Assembly (NCBI GenBank): GCA_048884965.1
Contig: JBHLQH010000001.1
Span: 192,001-256,000 of the forward strand
Source: Candidatus Thorarchaeota archaeon
GTDB taxonomy: Archaea > Asgardarchaeota > Thorarchaeia > Thorarchaeales > Thorarchaeaceae
Reading direction: 5' to 3'
Length of the DNA stretch: 64,000 bases
Below are positions 48,699 through 58,908 of the stretch, one piece after another. The notes beneath the pieces were generated by a model. It ran no database searches and had not been told where the DNA came from. It saw only the letters and a program-made list of their open reading frames with translations. The stretch's first letter is position 1. Each line of letters opens with the position of its first letter. Made by a program: the position numbers and the translations under genes.

Positions 48699-50207
48699 GT
48701 GCAAGAAGCTCCACTATCAACTCAAGATATGCGTGTCTTAGAATTGAACGCAGAATATCTGGGAGTAAGTTTGGGTACCTTGATGGAGAACGCGGGTAGA
48801 GAGGTTTCAAGAACCATCATATCTCATCATGACATTCACAATAAGCGAATCGGGATAGTATGCGGTACCGGAGGTAATGGAGGAGATGGCTTTGTTGCAG
48901 CCCGACACCTACAGGAAGCTGGAGGGAGAATAGAGGTCTTTCTTGTTGGAGACGCTGAAAGGATATCCACCCCCCACACATTGAAGAATTGGACAATCTT
49001 GAATGATCTTCAAACCATACCTGTAACGATAATTGGAACTGAATCAGATGTGAAGAATGCAGGATTTACTTCATTTGACATCTTGATTGATGCTTTACTT
49101 GGATTCGGTCTGACATCCAATGTGCGTGAACCCATCGCGTCTGCAATAAAGGCTATCAACAAGGCAGGTGCACTCAAGTACTCCATTGATATTCCTAGTG
49201 GAATGGACAGTGACACGGGCAAGGTGCTAGGTACAGCTGTGAAAGCGGATCATACAATCACCATGCATGCCCCTAAACCTGGCCTTCTCCTCAATACTGA
49301 GTGTGTAGGCGCACTTCATGTTGTTGCTATCGGAATCCCAGATGAGGCCTATCACGTATGTGGCCAGGGCGACCTTTGGCTATTCAATAGACCTCGAAAA
49401 GTGGATTCACATAAGGGTGACTTTGGGAGAGTTCTAGTAATTGGTGGGAGCGATATTTATTCCGGTGCGCCTGCGCTTGCAGGTATGGCTGCTCTGAGGA
49501 CTGGGGCAGATCTTGTTTCTATCATCGCACCTGAATCTGTGGCACCAGCTATCCGTTGCTATAGTCCAAATCTAATGGTTCGTTCAACAGGGACAAAAGT
49601 ATTCGATGATAGTTGCATCGCCAGTGTCCTACAGGCAGCTGCTTTGAATGACGTGATTGCTATTGGTCCTGGTTTGGGCACCTCGGAGGATTCCAGAGTA
49701 TTCTTCAGAGAGGTCATTGAGCGCCTTGTTACCCTGAAAAAGCTCTTAGTAATTGATGCAGATGGACTGAGGGCTTTGTCTGAAACCGAACAAGTGTTTG
49801 ATCATGAACGGACGATACTAACACCTCATTGGGGTGAGATGCAAGTCCTCATCGGTAGGAAGCAAAGCAACACCATGGACCTTGATCACCGGCTTGCCGT
49901 TGCACGAGAAACTGCTAGTCGCTATGGTGCTACTATTCTGCTAAAAGGTCCCATTGATGTCATTACATCACCAGATGGAAGGCACAAATTCAATAGGACT
50001 GGCCATCCTGCAATGACTGTTGGCGGAACCGGAGATGTACTTACAGGGATCTCAGCTGCGTTATTAGCGAGGAATTTTGGAGCCTACTATGCAGCTTCTG
50101 CAGGTGCTTTTGTCTCAGGCATTGCTGGAGAACTTGCCGCAAAGGAACTGGGTGGACGTATTTTGGCCACTGACTGTATAAGTCAGATTCCCTATGCGAT
50201 GATGTAG
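48699..50207 (+). CDS. nnr: Bifunctional NAD(P)H-hydrate epimerase/dehydratase (start revised to GTG 48699)
   Basis: LMENAG, GNGGDG, DIPSG, SHKGDFG, DADG, TPH.GE, GGTGDVL; GGTGA SD. Confidence 0.93.
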   Translation: MQEAPLSTQDMRVLELNAEYLGVSLGTLMENAGREVSRTIISHHDIHNKRIGIVCGTGGNGGDGFVAARHLQEAGGRIEVFLVGDAERISTPHTLKNWTILNDLQTIPVTIIGTESDVKNAGFTSFDILIDALLGFGLTSNVREPIASAIKAINKAGALKYSIDIPSGMDSDTGKVLGTAVKADHTITMHAPKPGLLLNTECVGALHVVAIGIPDEAYHVCGQGDLWLFNRPRKVDSHKGDFGRVLVIGGSDIYSGAPALAGMAALRTGADLVSIIAPESVAPAIRCYSPNLMVRSTGTKVFDDSCIASVLQAAALNDVIAIGPGLGTSEDSRVFFREVIERLVTLKKLLVIDADGLRALSETEQVFDHERTILTPHWGEMQVLIGRKQSNTMDLDHRLAVARETASRYGATILLKGPIDVITSPDGRHKFNRTGHPAMTVGGTGDVLTGISAALLARNFGAYYAASAGAFVSGIAGELAAKELGGRILATDCISQIPYAMM

Positions 50208-50211
50208 AAAC

Positions 50212-51201
50212 TCAAAAGATCAAAGGCATTTGCTCAAGGAACTCTCTGGCAATCGCTTGATTCTCCGCGGTGATGGGCACCCACACAATCCCTACATTTG
50301 GCTGTCCATACAACATGACAGATCCCAACTCAGCGAGAAGTACAGCTGGGAATCCCATCAAGTCTTCTTCCCCTTCGACATAAATCAGTGATTTTCCTTC
50401 GTCCTCTAGAGCAGTAGCCATTGCTGACCACGCTTCTGGATAGATCGCTGCAGGAGGATTATAGATGGTATATTCCTTGTCTGCTGAGATATCTATTGGG
50501 TAAACGCCTCTTTTTGTTATACCATCAACAACACAGATGTCAGGGATGAATCCTTCTGAGATGACTGTTTCACTAGTCACATCTCCGACAGCAATCACAC
50601 ATTTTGGCTTCTCAACCAATAGTTTCTCTACCACCGCAATCTCAGGCTTTCCCTCATTTACCGAGAATACCTCTCCTTTTGGTGTCTGAAGACCAGCTCT
50701 GCTTACATCTGGAAGTCTTCTCGGATGTTCAGTGGTTCCTTTAAGGCGAGACCCATTGCGATCAATCTCTCCAAGTCTGATTCTAGCAGATGACAACTTA
50801 TCTCCATCAAGAGCTCGAACGGGCTTGAGAGTTGTTACTTCATCTTCTATCCCTAGTCTGTCTTTCCGGATATTCAAAGCATTCTCCTCAATCTCTGCAC
50901 AACAAGGTCCCTCAAAGAGAAGAAATTTACATGTTCCCTCTATTTGTAGCAAGTCAGTGTAGGATGAGATTATTTTGGTATCGATAAGATCAGATAGTTC
51001 CTCTTTCCTAAGGTAAATCTCAAGATTCTGCACGCGCACATCCACTGGCTGGATAATCTGAGATAATTCAAGAGAGCTAGATACCAATTCTCCATCTGTA
51101 ATCCCTGCGACAGGATTTGGCATATCTCTCAATCTTTCAATGAGAATTTGATGTCCTCTATGTAGTCTATCAAAAAGATTGAGTGCCAATGTCATTTTCA
51201 T
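50212..51201 (-). CDS. coaD: Phosphopantetheine adenylyltransferase fused to DUF359 GTP-dependent dephospho-CoA kinase
   Basis: FDRLHRGH, LSSARIR; VGDVT, VDG.TKR, NPP, GEEDL, YGQP. Confidence 0.85.
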   Translation of the reverse strand: MKMTLALNLFDRLHRGHQILIERLRDMPNPVAGITDGELVSSSLELSQIIQPVDVRVQNLEIYLRKEELSDLIDTKIISSYTDLLQIEGTCKFLLFEGPCCAEIEENALNIRKDRLGIEDEVTTLKPVRALDGDKLSSARIRLGEIDRNGSRLKGTTEHPRRLPDVSRAGLQTPKGEVFSVNEGKPEIAVVEKLLVEKPKCVIAVGDVTSETVISEGFIPDICVVDGITKRGVYPIDISADKEYTIYNPPAAIYPEAWSAMATALEDEGKSLIYVEGEEDLMGFPAVLLAELGSVMLYGQPNVGIVWVPITAENQAIAREFLEQMPLIF

Positions 51202-51364
51202 TATGTTCAGCTCAATGAGGATACACCCTTGATTAAAAGATATTCTTCTCCAAAACTACTACATCCATTCAGCTTGGTGAGTACAGCCTATTGTGACATG
51301 TGCGAGGCAAAAGGTTCAATATCTATCCCTCTATCGAGTATCTCAGACGAGTTGTGTAGATATC

Positions 51365-52078
51365 ATGAGACTCTATGGGGTTGCAGATGTTCACTATCCG
51401 AGATATGCGCGCGACTTCAATAAAGCGCTTGAGGGTCTACCCGCACCGGATATGTTCCTGTTCGCCGGTGACATGGTGAATCGAGGAAGTGCAGAAGAGT
51501 TCCCCAACGTCTTAGATATCATTAGAGAGAGCTTCGGAGATGGGTTTCCCATAATCTCTTGTTTTGGAAATGAGGAGTACTCAGAAGTCCGTGAAGACAT
51601 CAAGAAATTGGTGAAAGGTAGGATGATGCTACTTGATGAAAAGTCAGCTCTTGTTACAGTAAAGGACATTCGTGTTGGTATCGTTGGAACGCAGGGCTCG
51701 CTCGACAAACCTACCAGTTGGCAAAAGAAGAATATACCCGGGATTCGAGATGAGTTTGGAAGACGTGCTAGTAGGGCTGAGTCGCTCCTGAAACGAATTG
51801 GTGCACGATCTGACTATCAGATTCTCTTAATGCATTATAGTCCATGCATTGAAACTTGTCAAGGTGAGGATCAACGTGCATTTGCATGGCTAGGGAGTAG
51901 AAAATTCTACACAGTGATAAGCAATATTCAGCCGGACTTAGTGATCCATGGGCATGTTCACAATTCTGTAATTCATGAAGCAAAAGTAGGAGCGACGCTC
52001 ATAAGAAACGTCGCTCTTCCAGCTGTTGGAAAGCTCACTATTCTTGAGATTGAGCCAAAGCTCAACCGTGGCCAGTGA
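51365..52078 (+). CDS. Calcineurin-like metallophosphoesterase (start revised to ATG 51365)
   Basis: ADVH, AGDM, FGNEE, MHYSP, HGHVH. Confidence 0.88.
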   Translation: MRLYGVADVHYPRYARDFNKALEGLPAPDMFLFAGDMVNRGSAEEFPNVLDIIRESFGDGFPIISCFGNEEYSEVREDIKKLVKGRMMLLDEKSALVTVKDIRVGIVGTQGSLDKPTSWQKKNIPGIRDEFGRRASRAESLLKRIGARSDYQILLMHYSPCIETCQGEDQRAFAWLGSRKFYTVISNIQPDLVIHGHVHNSVIHEAKVGATLIRNVALPAVGKLTILEIEPKLNRGQ

Positions 52079-52484
52079 CTTCCATCGTTGGCTCGAATTT
52101 GTATCCATAGACAATGATACCTTCGTGACCCTGCTCAGTGATTTTTCTGAAGCAGGAGCGAACGCGCATGCCTATCTTGACATTCTCAGGTTCCACATTG
52201 ACTATTTGTGCGGTAAGTCTAGGTCCTTCATCAAGTTCAACCTGTGCGATGACATAAGGCATCTGCCTCTTGAATTCTTCAGGAGCTTGTCTGACAATTG
52301 CGAAGGAATAAATCCTCCCAAGACCTTTCATCTTGTGTGTTTCAAGCAGCCCTTTTCTTCTACATGTAGGACAAACCAACCTCGGAGGGAAATAGTTCGT
52401 TCCACAGGTCTTGCATTGATTTCCCTGAATATTATAGATAGCTCGTATTTTTCTCCAAACACCTGCTACGCCTTTCTCTGCCAA
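52062..52484 (-). CDS. DUF35 Zn-ribbon/OB-fold scaffold protein
   Basis: CKTCG...FPPRLVCPTC, YGYKF. Confidence 0.92.
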   Translation of the reverse strand: MAEKGVAGVWRKIRAIYNIQGNQCKTCGTNYFPPRLVCPTCRRKGLLETHKMKGLGRIYSFAIVRQAPEEFKRQMPYVIAQVELDEGPRLTAQIVNVEPENVKIGMRVRSCFRKITEQGHEGIIVYGYKFEPTMEVTGHG

Positions 52485-52485
52485 T

Positions 52486-53649
52486 CTAATCCCTCCCTAG
52501 GATGTGCACAATAGAGGTCGCTCCTGTACCTCCGGTGTTGACAGCCATTCCTCGTGTTGCGCCATCGACTTGTCTACCATTACATTCTCCTCTGAGCTGC
52601 AACGCGATTTCCACTATCTGAGCAACTCCCGTAGCTCCAATCGGATGACCTCTAGCTTTGAGACCCCCGCTTGTATTCACGGGATACTTTGCACCGATTT
52701 GCGTTATGCCTTCCTCTACAGCTTTACCTCCTTCTCCTTTCTTCGCAATCCCAACGTCTTCAGTTAGAATTATCTCACTGATAGTGAACGAATCATGGAG
52801 CTCAAAGACATTGATGTCATCGATTGTGAGTTTCGCTCGTTCTAAGGCTTGCTTTGCTGATTTCTGTACCGCTTGCATCTCCGTAATGCTTTCTCTATCA
52901 TGCAATGCCAGGGTATCGCTTGCTTGAGTTGACGCTTCAATGAAGATTGGAGTGTCTGTATATTTTCTGGCAATCTCCTCCTTACACATGACAACTGCTG
53001 CAGCACCATCTGTCACAGGTGATGAATGGAGTACTCGGATAGGATCTGCTAACATACCTGAACCCATGACAACTTTCAAGGGTACCGGACTCTGAAACTG
53101 CGCAAAGGGATTATGAGCTGCATTAGCATGGTTCTTCACGGTGACTAGGCTAAGTTGCTCCTCAGTGGTCCCGTATTCTAACATGTGTCTTCGCGCCATC
53201 ATCGCGAATAATGCAGGGAATGTTGCACCGAAGAGACCTTCCCACTCCCAGTCCCCTGCTACACTAATTGTATTCATTGCTTCAGTTTGGTTCACATCAC
53301 TCATCTTCTCGCATCCAAAGACAAGCATTGTATCGTGCTCACCCGATTTAATCGACATGTAGGCCTGCCTGACAGCGGCACCTCCACTAGCACATGCAGC
53401 TTCAACGCTGTATGCTGGAAGCTTACCTAACCCACCGACATCGGCTGCGAGGGCACCAAGATGCTCTTGACCAGTGAATCGACCTGCACTCTGGTTTCCA
53501 ACACAGATGGCGTCGATGTCACTACCAGATACCTGTGAATCAAATATGGCCATCATTCCTGCTTCCAGAGTTATCTCACGCAGGTTCTTTTCCCATAGTT
53601 CTCCGAACTTGCTCATTCCTACTCCGACTATCGCTACTCTATTACTCAT
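52486..53649 (-). CDS. acaB: Acetoacetyl-CoA thiolase (archaeal)
   Basis: EAACASG, ELHDSF, GHPIGATG. Confidence 0.92.
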   Translation of the reverse strand: MSNRVAIVGVGMSKFGELWEKNLREITLEAGMMAIFDSQVSGSDIDAICVGNQSAGRFTGQEHLGALAADVGGLGKLPAYSVEAACASGGAAVRQAYMSIKSGEHDTMLVFGCEKMSDVNQTEAMNTISVAGDWEWEGLFGATFPALFAMMARRHMLEYGTTEEQLSLVTVKNHANAAHNPFAQFQSPVPLKVVMGSGMLADPIRVLHSSPVTDGAAAVVMCKEEIARKYTDTPIFIEASTQASDTLALHDRESITEMQAVQKSAKQALERAKLTIDDINVFELHDSFTISEIILTEDVGIAKKGEGGKAVEEGITQIGAKYPVNTSGGLKARGHPIGATGVAQIVEIALQLRGECNGRQVDGATRGMAVNTGGTGATSIVHILGRD

Positions 53650-53661
53650 CTTGATACCTCC

Positions 53662-54705
53662 TTAGCCAAGTGCCTTAATCTTTCGGCGGTATTTAGCATA
53701 GGTCGCATATTCGACGTATGTCTTTCGCGCTACATAATCATCTACTGTTGGCACCTTTCCTCTGTGATCTTCGATATGGTCTTCGACCTTGATGGCGAAT
53801 GCATCACTACCCGCTCCTGAACCATAGGAAACCATGAAGATTTTATCACCCGGCTTCGCGATATCCAAAATCCTCGCGAGACCCATCATCGCTGAACCCG
53901 AATAGGTGTTGCCTATCTTCTCTACTACAAGGCTGTCTTGGAGCTTTTCTGGTGGAACTCCAAGTTGTTTACCCATCGCTATTGGGAATTTTCCATTTGG
54001 CATATGAAACACGAAATAATCCCAGTCTTCCACTGTTGTTTTCGTTTGCTTGAAGAGTAACTTTGCTCCTTCTCCAACATGTCTGAAGTATGCAGGTTCT
54101 CCAGTGAAACGAGCTCCATGGCTTGGGAAGTCCTCTCCTTCTCGACGCCAAAAGTCTGGAGTATCTGTTGTGAAGGAACAGGTTCTTTCAATTGTGGCAA
54201 CTGGATCCTTCTTGCCAATCAGTATGGCAACGCCTCCTGCTGCTGCAGAGTACTCAAGGGCGTCTCCTGGTCTTCCTTGTGCTGTATCAGAGCCTATAGC
54301 AAGACCTACCTTAATCATATCTGATTTTACAAGTCCCATACAAGTCTGGATAGCAGCGGTACCTGCTTTACATGCAAACTCGAAATCTGCACATGTCATC
54401 TCATATGTACATTCAATCGCTTCTGCTACAATTGTTCCTGTTGGTTTTACTGCGTAGGGGTGTGATTCAGAACCTACATAGACTGCACCAATATCCTTTG
54501 GGTCAATGCCTGCATACTTTACAGCATTACGAGCGGCCTCAACTGATATCGTCGCAACATCCTCATCTGGTCCTGGAACAGACTTCTCATAGACACCAAG
54601 ACCTCGAGCGAGTTTCTCGCCTTCCTCGCCCCAAACACGAGCGATCTCTTCTGTCTTGATTCTATAGCGAGGAATGTAGACTCCATATCCAATAATTCCG
54701 ACCAT
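53662..54705 (-). CDS. mvaS: Hydroxymethylglutaryl-CoA synthase
   Basis: [35 protein letters not shown]. Confidence 0.95.
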   Translation of the reverse strand: MVGIIGYGVYIPRYRIKTEEIARVWGEEGEKLARGLGVYEKSVPGPDEDVATISVEAARNAVKYAGIDPKDIGAVYVGSESHPYAVKPTGTIVAEAIECTYEMTCADFEFACKAGTAAIQTCMGLVKSDMIKVGLAIGSDTAQGRPGDALEYSAAAGGVAILIGKKDPVATIERTCSFTTDTPDFWRREGEDFPSHGARFTGEPAYFRHVGEGAKLLFKQTKTTVEDWDYFVFHMPNGKFPIAMGKQLGVPPEKLQDSLVVEKIGNTYSGSAMMGLARILDIAKPGDKIFMVSYGSGAGSDAFAIKVEDHIEDHRGKVPTVDDYVARKTYVEYATYAKYRRKIKALG

Positions 54706-54984
54706 GGTATTCTCTCCTCATATAATACGTGAAATGTCGAATCGGTTTACGTCGTTTTTTCTAGTTCGTTGCCTTGCCCTTTATAGAGCTTGTTATTTGT
54801 TTCTCCTCCGTTCAACGACTTTCACCGAATCTTCATCATGAGATTGATTTTATGCCGACGAAAATAAGGATAGGATTGGTCATATTTATGATTGGCGTCG
54901 TGACGAACTTTTGAAATTGCCGAAATTGATTTACCTGCTATTTGAAGTAAGGCTATAAGGAAATACCTTGTAATAGAAAGTGAT

Positions 54985-55188
54985 GTGGAATCAATGACAA
55001 GTACCTTTGAGAAATCCAAGATTCGTGAATTGGTTATCAGTGAGACAAAGACTGTTGCGCAGTTATTGGATGAACTAAGGCTTTCGCATGATCATGTAGT
55101 TCTTGTGGATGGTGAGCGACAGGCGTTGGATTCCATTCTAAATGAGAACGATACCGTAGTTGTCCTTCCCGTTATTGCAGGCGGCTAA
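54985..55188 (+). CDS. Ubiquitin-like SAMP/ThiS/MoaD protein
   Basis: Beta-grasp pattern; C-terminal PVIAGG. Confidence 0.85.
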   Translation: MESMTSTFEKSKIRELVISETKTVAQLLDELRLSHDHVVLVDGERQALDSILNENDTVVVLPVIAGG

Positions 55189-56678
55189 GTATCAAACCTA
55201 TTCAGCAAATGCATTGTTGGCTCCATATCAATCCCCAATTCATCAATACTAACTAGTTCTATTGGTTGTCCCAGAGAGTGACCTATCCAATCTAGTATAT
55301 GTTGAATGGCTCCTTCAATCTCTGCTTTTGTCATGTTCATACATGTCTTGACATTCTCTCCTACGGCCTTTAGCAGACCCTTCGAAGATCCTGAACTGTA
55401 TTGCGTGGCTTTCTTCGGAGTTAAACAGAGGTCTGACTCAAGACCAAGATTGGCTGCAAGTAATCTGAATATCTCCTTCCTCTTCGCATCTGATGCTGGA
55501 TTTATTTTCCATTCTGCAGGTAGGGATAAAGCGAGATCAGTGAATCTTGTATCAAGATATGGGAAAGAAACTGGTAATCCTGCAAAGGCAATAGCTCTCT
55601 CGTCTCTAGAGATATTTGCTTCATGAGTGATTGACACATCAGCTCGCAACTGCTTCTCCAGAGCACTTGCTCCCTCTGTTTCTATTAGGGTGATATATCT
55701 AGCGTACCCCGCGAATTGCTCATCGGGACCCTGTCCAGAAACCATGAAGTCGAGATGCATTGTTGTGGCTTTCTTTGCGGCAAGATAGAAAGGAAGAGCT
55801 ATCTCCACATCCATGCGATTCGTCGTTTCGATGGCATGGATGACATCTGGTAAGGCTTTCCAAATCATCTCTGAGGTCATGTGAATCTCAGTTGCTTCTA
55901 GACCCAGAGACTCTGAAGCATGAATTGTATGTTGCCGGTCTCGAGATTTCTGATAGCTTGCACTAAAGAGTTGCACATCCACATTCTGCTTCTTCATAAG
56001 GTATGCCAACAGGGAGCTGTCCACACCTCCTGAGAATAGCACTCCACATCTTTTGCCACGAAGTCCTTTGATAGATTCAAGCAGATATTGTGATAGTCCC
56101 TTCAATGCTTGCTCCTTGCTACCTACCCATCTTTCGTTTGAATAAGTCACGAGAGATTTCAGATTAATCTCGCCATTCCACTTGATATGTAAGAGATTGC
56201 CTGGTTGAAGGACTTTAGATTCCTTGGAACCAGCTGCCCATAGAACTTTTCTCTCCGTACTTATCAGAAACCCGGACGGTACTTTGGAGTAGTAAATTGC
56301 CTTCTGTCCGTCCAATGATCTCCAGAGTCGAAGCTCTTTCCTATCCACACACAGTAGCACCAGACCCTGCACCGACTTCAGCAAAGACTCGTCCAGTGGA
56401 TTGATGGCTTGCTTTCTAAGAACAGATAGGATTTGATTGATAGTATCTGACTGTATGTAGTGGAGAGAATCCTTCAGTATTAGCATATCTTCTTGCTGAA
56501 CAATTGCGGTTTCCCCATCGTTATGATATACACTATAAGTGAATTGCCCCAATCCTGATAGCATATCTTTTGGGGAGTACTTTCCTGTCGACCGCATTGT
56601 TCCACGATGGTTAAGATATCGACTGATTTCCTCTATCTGTTCTCCTCTTGGATTGAAGGTGCAGATGATACCGACCAT
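55185..56678 (-). CDS. Asparagine synthetase B-like protein lacking the N-terminal Cys
   Basis: FSGGVDSS, SGQGPDE.FAGY, PYLD, KKATQYSSG; N-terminus MVGI rather than MCGI. Confidence 0.8.
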   Translation of the reverse strand: MVGIICTFNPRGEQIEEISRYLNHRGTMRSTGKYSPKDMLSGLGQFTYSVYHNDGETAIVQQEDMLILKDSLHYIQSDTINQILSVLRKQAINPLDESLLKSVQGLVLLCVDRKELRLWRSLDGQKAIYYSKVPSGFLISTERKVLWAAGSKESKVLQPGNLLHIKWNGEINLKSLVTYSNERWVGSKEQALKGLSQYLLESIKGLRGKRCGVLFSGGVDSSLLAYLMKKQNVDVQLFSASYQKSRDRQHTIHASESLGLEATEIHMTSEMIWKALPDVIHAIETTNRMDVEIALPFYLAAKKATTMHLDFMVSGQGPDEQFAGYARYITLIETEGASALEKQLRADVSITHEANISRDERAIAFAGLPVSFPYLDTRFTDLALSLPAEWKINPASDAKRKEIFRLLAANLGLESDLCLTPKKATQYSSGSSKGLLKAVGENVKTCMNMTKAEIEGAIQHILDWIGHSLGQPIELVSIDELGIDMEPTMHLLNRFDT

Positions 56679-56746
56679 GGTTCATCAATTTCTCTTGCTA
56701 TTCACGCAGTTCAGATGCCCGGAGGTCTGAGAATAGCTTTTGTTCC

Positions 56747-57160
56747 CTATGTTGGTACATTCACAAGTTTTACCGACTGTACTCCGGTCATTCCGTTTAG
56801 ACGTTTGTCCAGTTCGTCGATTGATAACTTCAGCTGCTCAGGAGTGAAGTAGCATTCGTAGAAACACTGGTTCGCAGCCTGACATATGCCGCTTGTGAAT
56901 AGGATATCTTCGAGTCCTGCCTGTTCGAAGATTGTTGTCAGCTCCTCTAAAAAGCTCTTACTAAGCTTCTCGATGCTTAGACGCAGATAGTACACCTTAT
57001 CAGAAGCAACAGGATAAATCTTCACGTTCTTGTCTTTTACAATCATGATTGCCAATCCAAATGATTCTGATATGCCATCTACAAAATCGCTAGGAAGAGT
57101 TATCGTGTTACCTTTCTCAATTTTCAGGACTCGTGCTTGAGTCATGTCACCTTTTGTCAA
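56747..57160 (-). CDS. AbrB-like plus ACT-like small regulator
   Basis: KIEKGNTITLP swapped-hairpin pattern; C-terminal ferredoxin-like pattern ending GVQSVKL. Confidence 0.55.
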   Translation of the reverse strand: MTKGDMTQARVLKIEKGNTITLPSDFVDGISESFGLAIMIVKDKNVKIYPVASDKVYYLRLSIEKLSKSFLEELTTIFEQAGLEDILFTSGICQAANQCFYECYFTPEQLKLSIDELDKRLNGMTGVQSVKLVNVPT

Positions 57161-57247
57161 TAGTATTCCTCCGGACTGATGATTTGTACCCTCGTTATTG
57201 GGATATATCTGTTACGGGAAGACCAGAATTGAAACCCTTTCAGAAAT

Positions 57248-58831
57248 TCATTCCTTCTTCCCAAACCATTCTCGAATCTTTCTAACAGCGCTTAGATCTG
57301 GCTTTTCAACTATTCGAAGGTTCCACTGTTGTTTCTTCTCTGGAGCATAATACTCAAGGAAAGCAACGTTACCCTCAGTACGTACACGATCCATTTCCTG
57401 TAGTCGTACTTGTAACCATGCCTTTTTAGAGATGGGCATCTTGGAGGTGGCAATATCGAATAATGTTGGATGCAGATCGAAGACTAGAGCTCGTTCGCTC
57501 ATATATTCGATGACTCCGTTTTGCAACGTATCGGTTATCTTGTCCTTATTGGTAAAGAATGAAGCTGCCACTGAAACGTTAGGATACTTATCTGGTATAC
57601 CAAGAGCGAACTTGAATGATCGTTGAAACTTTGACAGATGTGTTGCGGCATCAAGAAACAATACTGTTTCCGGCTTCCCTTCAAACTCATCATCTGAGAT
57701 TTCAATATTCTTGACCATCTCTTCTTGCTGCTTCTCGATGAAGTCCTGAATCAAGCTATCTGTAACTGGGGGTAATCCTACATCATGAGGCTCTTCAAAA
57801 GTTAAGGTGTTGTCATCGGTCTCTTCGACAGCCTCATCATCATGTTCGATTTCCTCGGATTTCTTTCTTCTCCTGTATTGAGGTGCAATGTAGCCAATAT
57901 CAGCCACCAAGTGCTGTAAGACTAAGGGGAGGAATAAATCATATAGAGTACCCCGCGTTTCAGTTATGAGAAGGATGGGTTTGAATTCATCCACCGCATC
58001 ACTCAGTCCTGAGTCATACTCTGGATCTTCATCGAAGAACTTCATTAGGTTCTCTATCGAATAACCATCAGTTACTCTTTCTTCCCATTCTCTATATACT
58101 TCTTTGACCTCTTGCTTTCTTCTATCCTTGACAAGACTGGCAAATTTTCCCAGATACTTCACTCCTCGTGACACCGCTGTGGCTGGACTAATGAACACCG
58201 TCATTAGACCTACCGCCTCGCCTGCATACTCACTTGCTTCAGTATTCTTGATTTTTCCAAGAACCTCTTCAGTTAGGGATGGAGGTCCCAGTTTCTCGAC
58301 AAGAACTTCATGCATTCCTTCAAAATTCTCAAATGCTGCCTCTCCAGGTCCTATGTCCTCTCCAACTGGTGATGCATCTGATAAGACCTCTGCAAATATA
58401 TTTGGTCTACCTACCAGCCATGCTAAAGGTATCTTTAGTGGAGTGAAATCATGTAGGAATGTTCTCTCAGAATCCCTTGGTCCAAAATAGTACTTAACAG
58501 CATCAGGAAAAAGACCATTGAAGATATCCATGAACTGGTCAAATCCCTGTTTTGAGCTTAAGCCCATCTCAGCTCTCTCCAGTGCATCAGCCACAAAGAC
58601 AAGAGCTGACTCTTTCTTCTTTGCATGTTTGGCCATAATCGCCATAACTTGTTTTGGAGATAGATACTGGAGATCGCTCTCTGCAAAGGGTGCATCATAG
58701 AATGAGAAGATACCTAATCGTTTCCAAGGGCGATTCGTCATCTTTGATTTTACCAGATGTGAGAACCATTCGAAGCCTCGTTGGTATCTGGGAACGTTCT
58801 CTTCATCGGTATATTCATGGAATTCAGACAT
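57248..58831 (-). CDS. Hypothetical protein (start revised to ATG 58831)
   Basis: Long ORF; the annotated upstream extension overlaps the next gene. Confidence 0.7.
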   Translation of the reverse strand: MSEFHEYTDEENVPRYQRGFEWFSHLVKSKMTNRPWKRLGIFSFYDAPFAESDLQYLSPKQVMAIMAKHAKKKESALVFVADALERAEMGLSSKQGFDQFMDIFNGLFPDAVKYYFGPRDSERTFLHDFTPLKIPLAWLVGRPNIFAEVLSDASPVGEDIGPGEAAFENFEGMHEVLVEKLGPPSLTEEVLGKIKNTEASEYAGEAVGLMTVFISPATAVSRGVKYLGKFASLVKDRRKQEVKEVYREWEERVTDGYSIENLMKFFDEDPEYDSGLSDAVDEFKPILLITETRGTLYDLFLPLVLQHLVADIGYIAPQYRRRKKSEEIEHDDEAVEETDDNTLTFEEPHDVGLPPVTDSLIQDFIEKQQEEMVKNIEISDDEFEGKPETVLFLDAATHLSKFQRSFKFALGIPDKYPNVSVAASFFTNKDKITDTLQNGVIEYMSERALVFDLHPTLFDIATSKMPISKKAWLQVRLQEMDRVRTEGNVAFLEYYAPEKKQQWNLRIVEKPDLSAVRKIREWFGKKE

Positions 58832-58908
58832 ACTTAAACACCCTATGACCGGAAGGGGACCGGATGAGGCTATCTCGCGGTCAAGCGAGATAAACCTATT
58901 CATCCATT

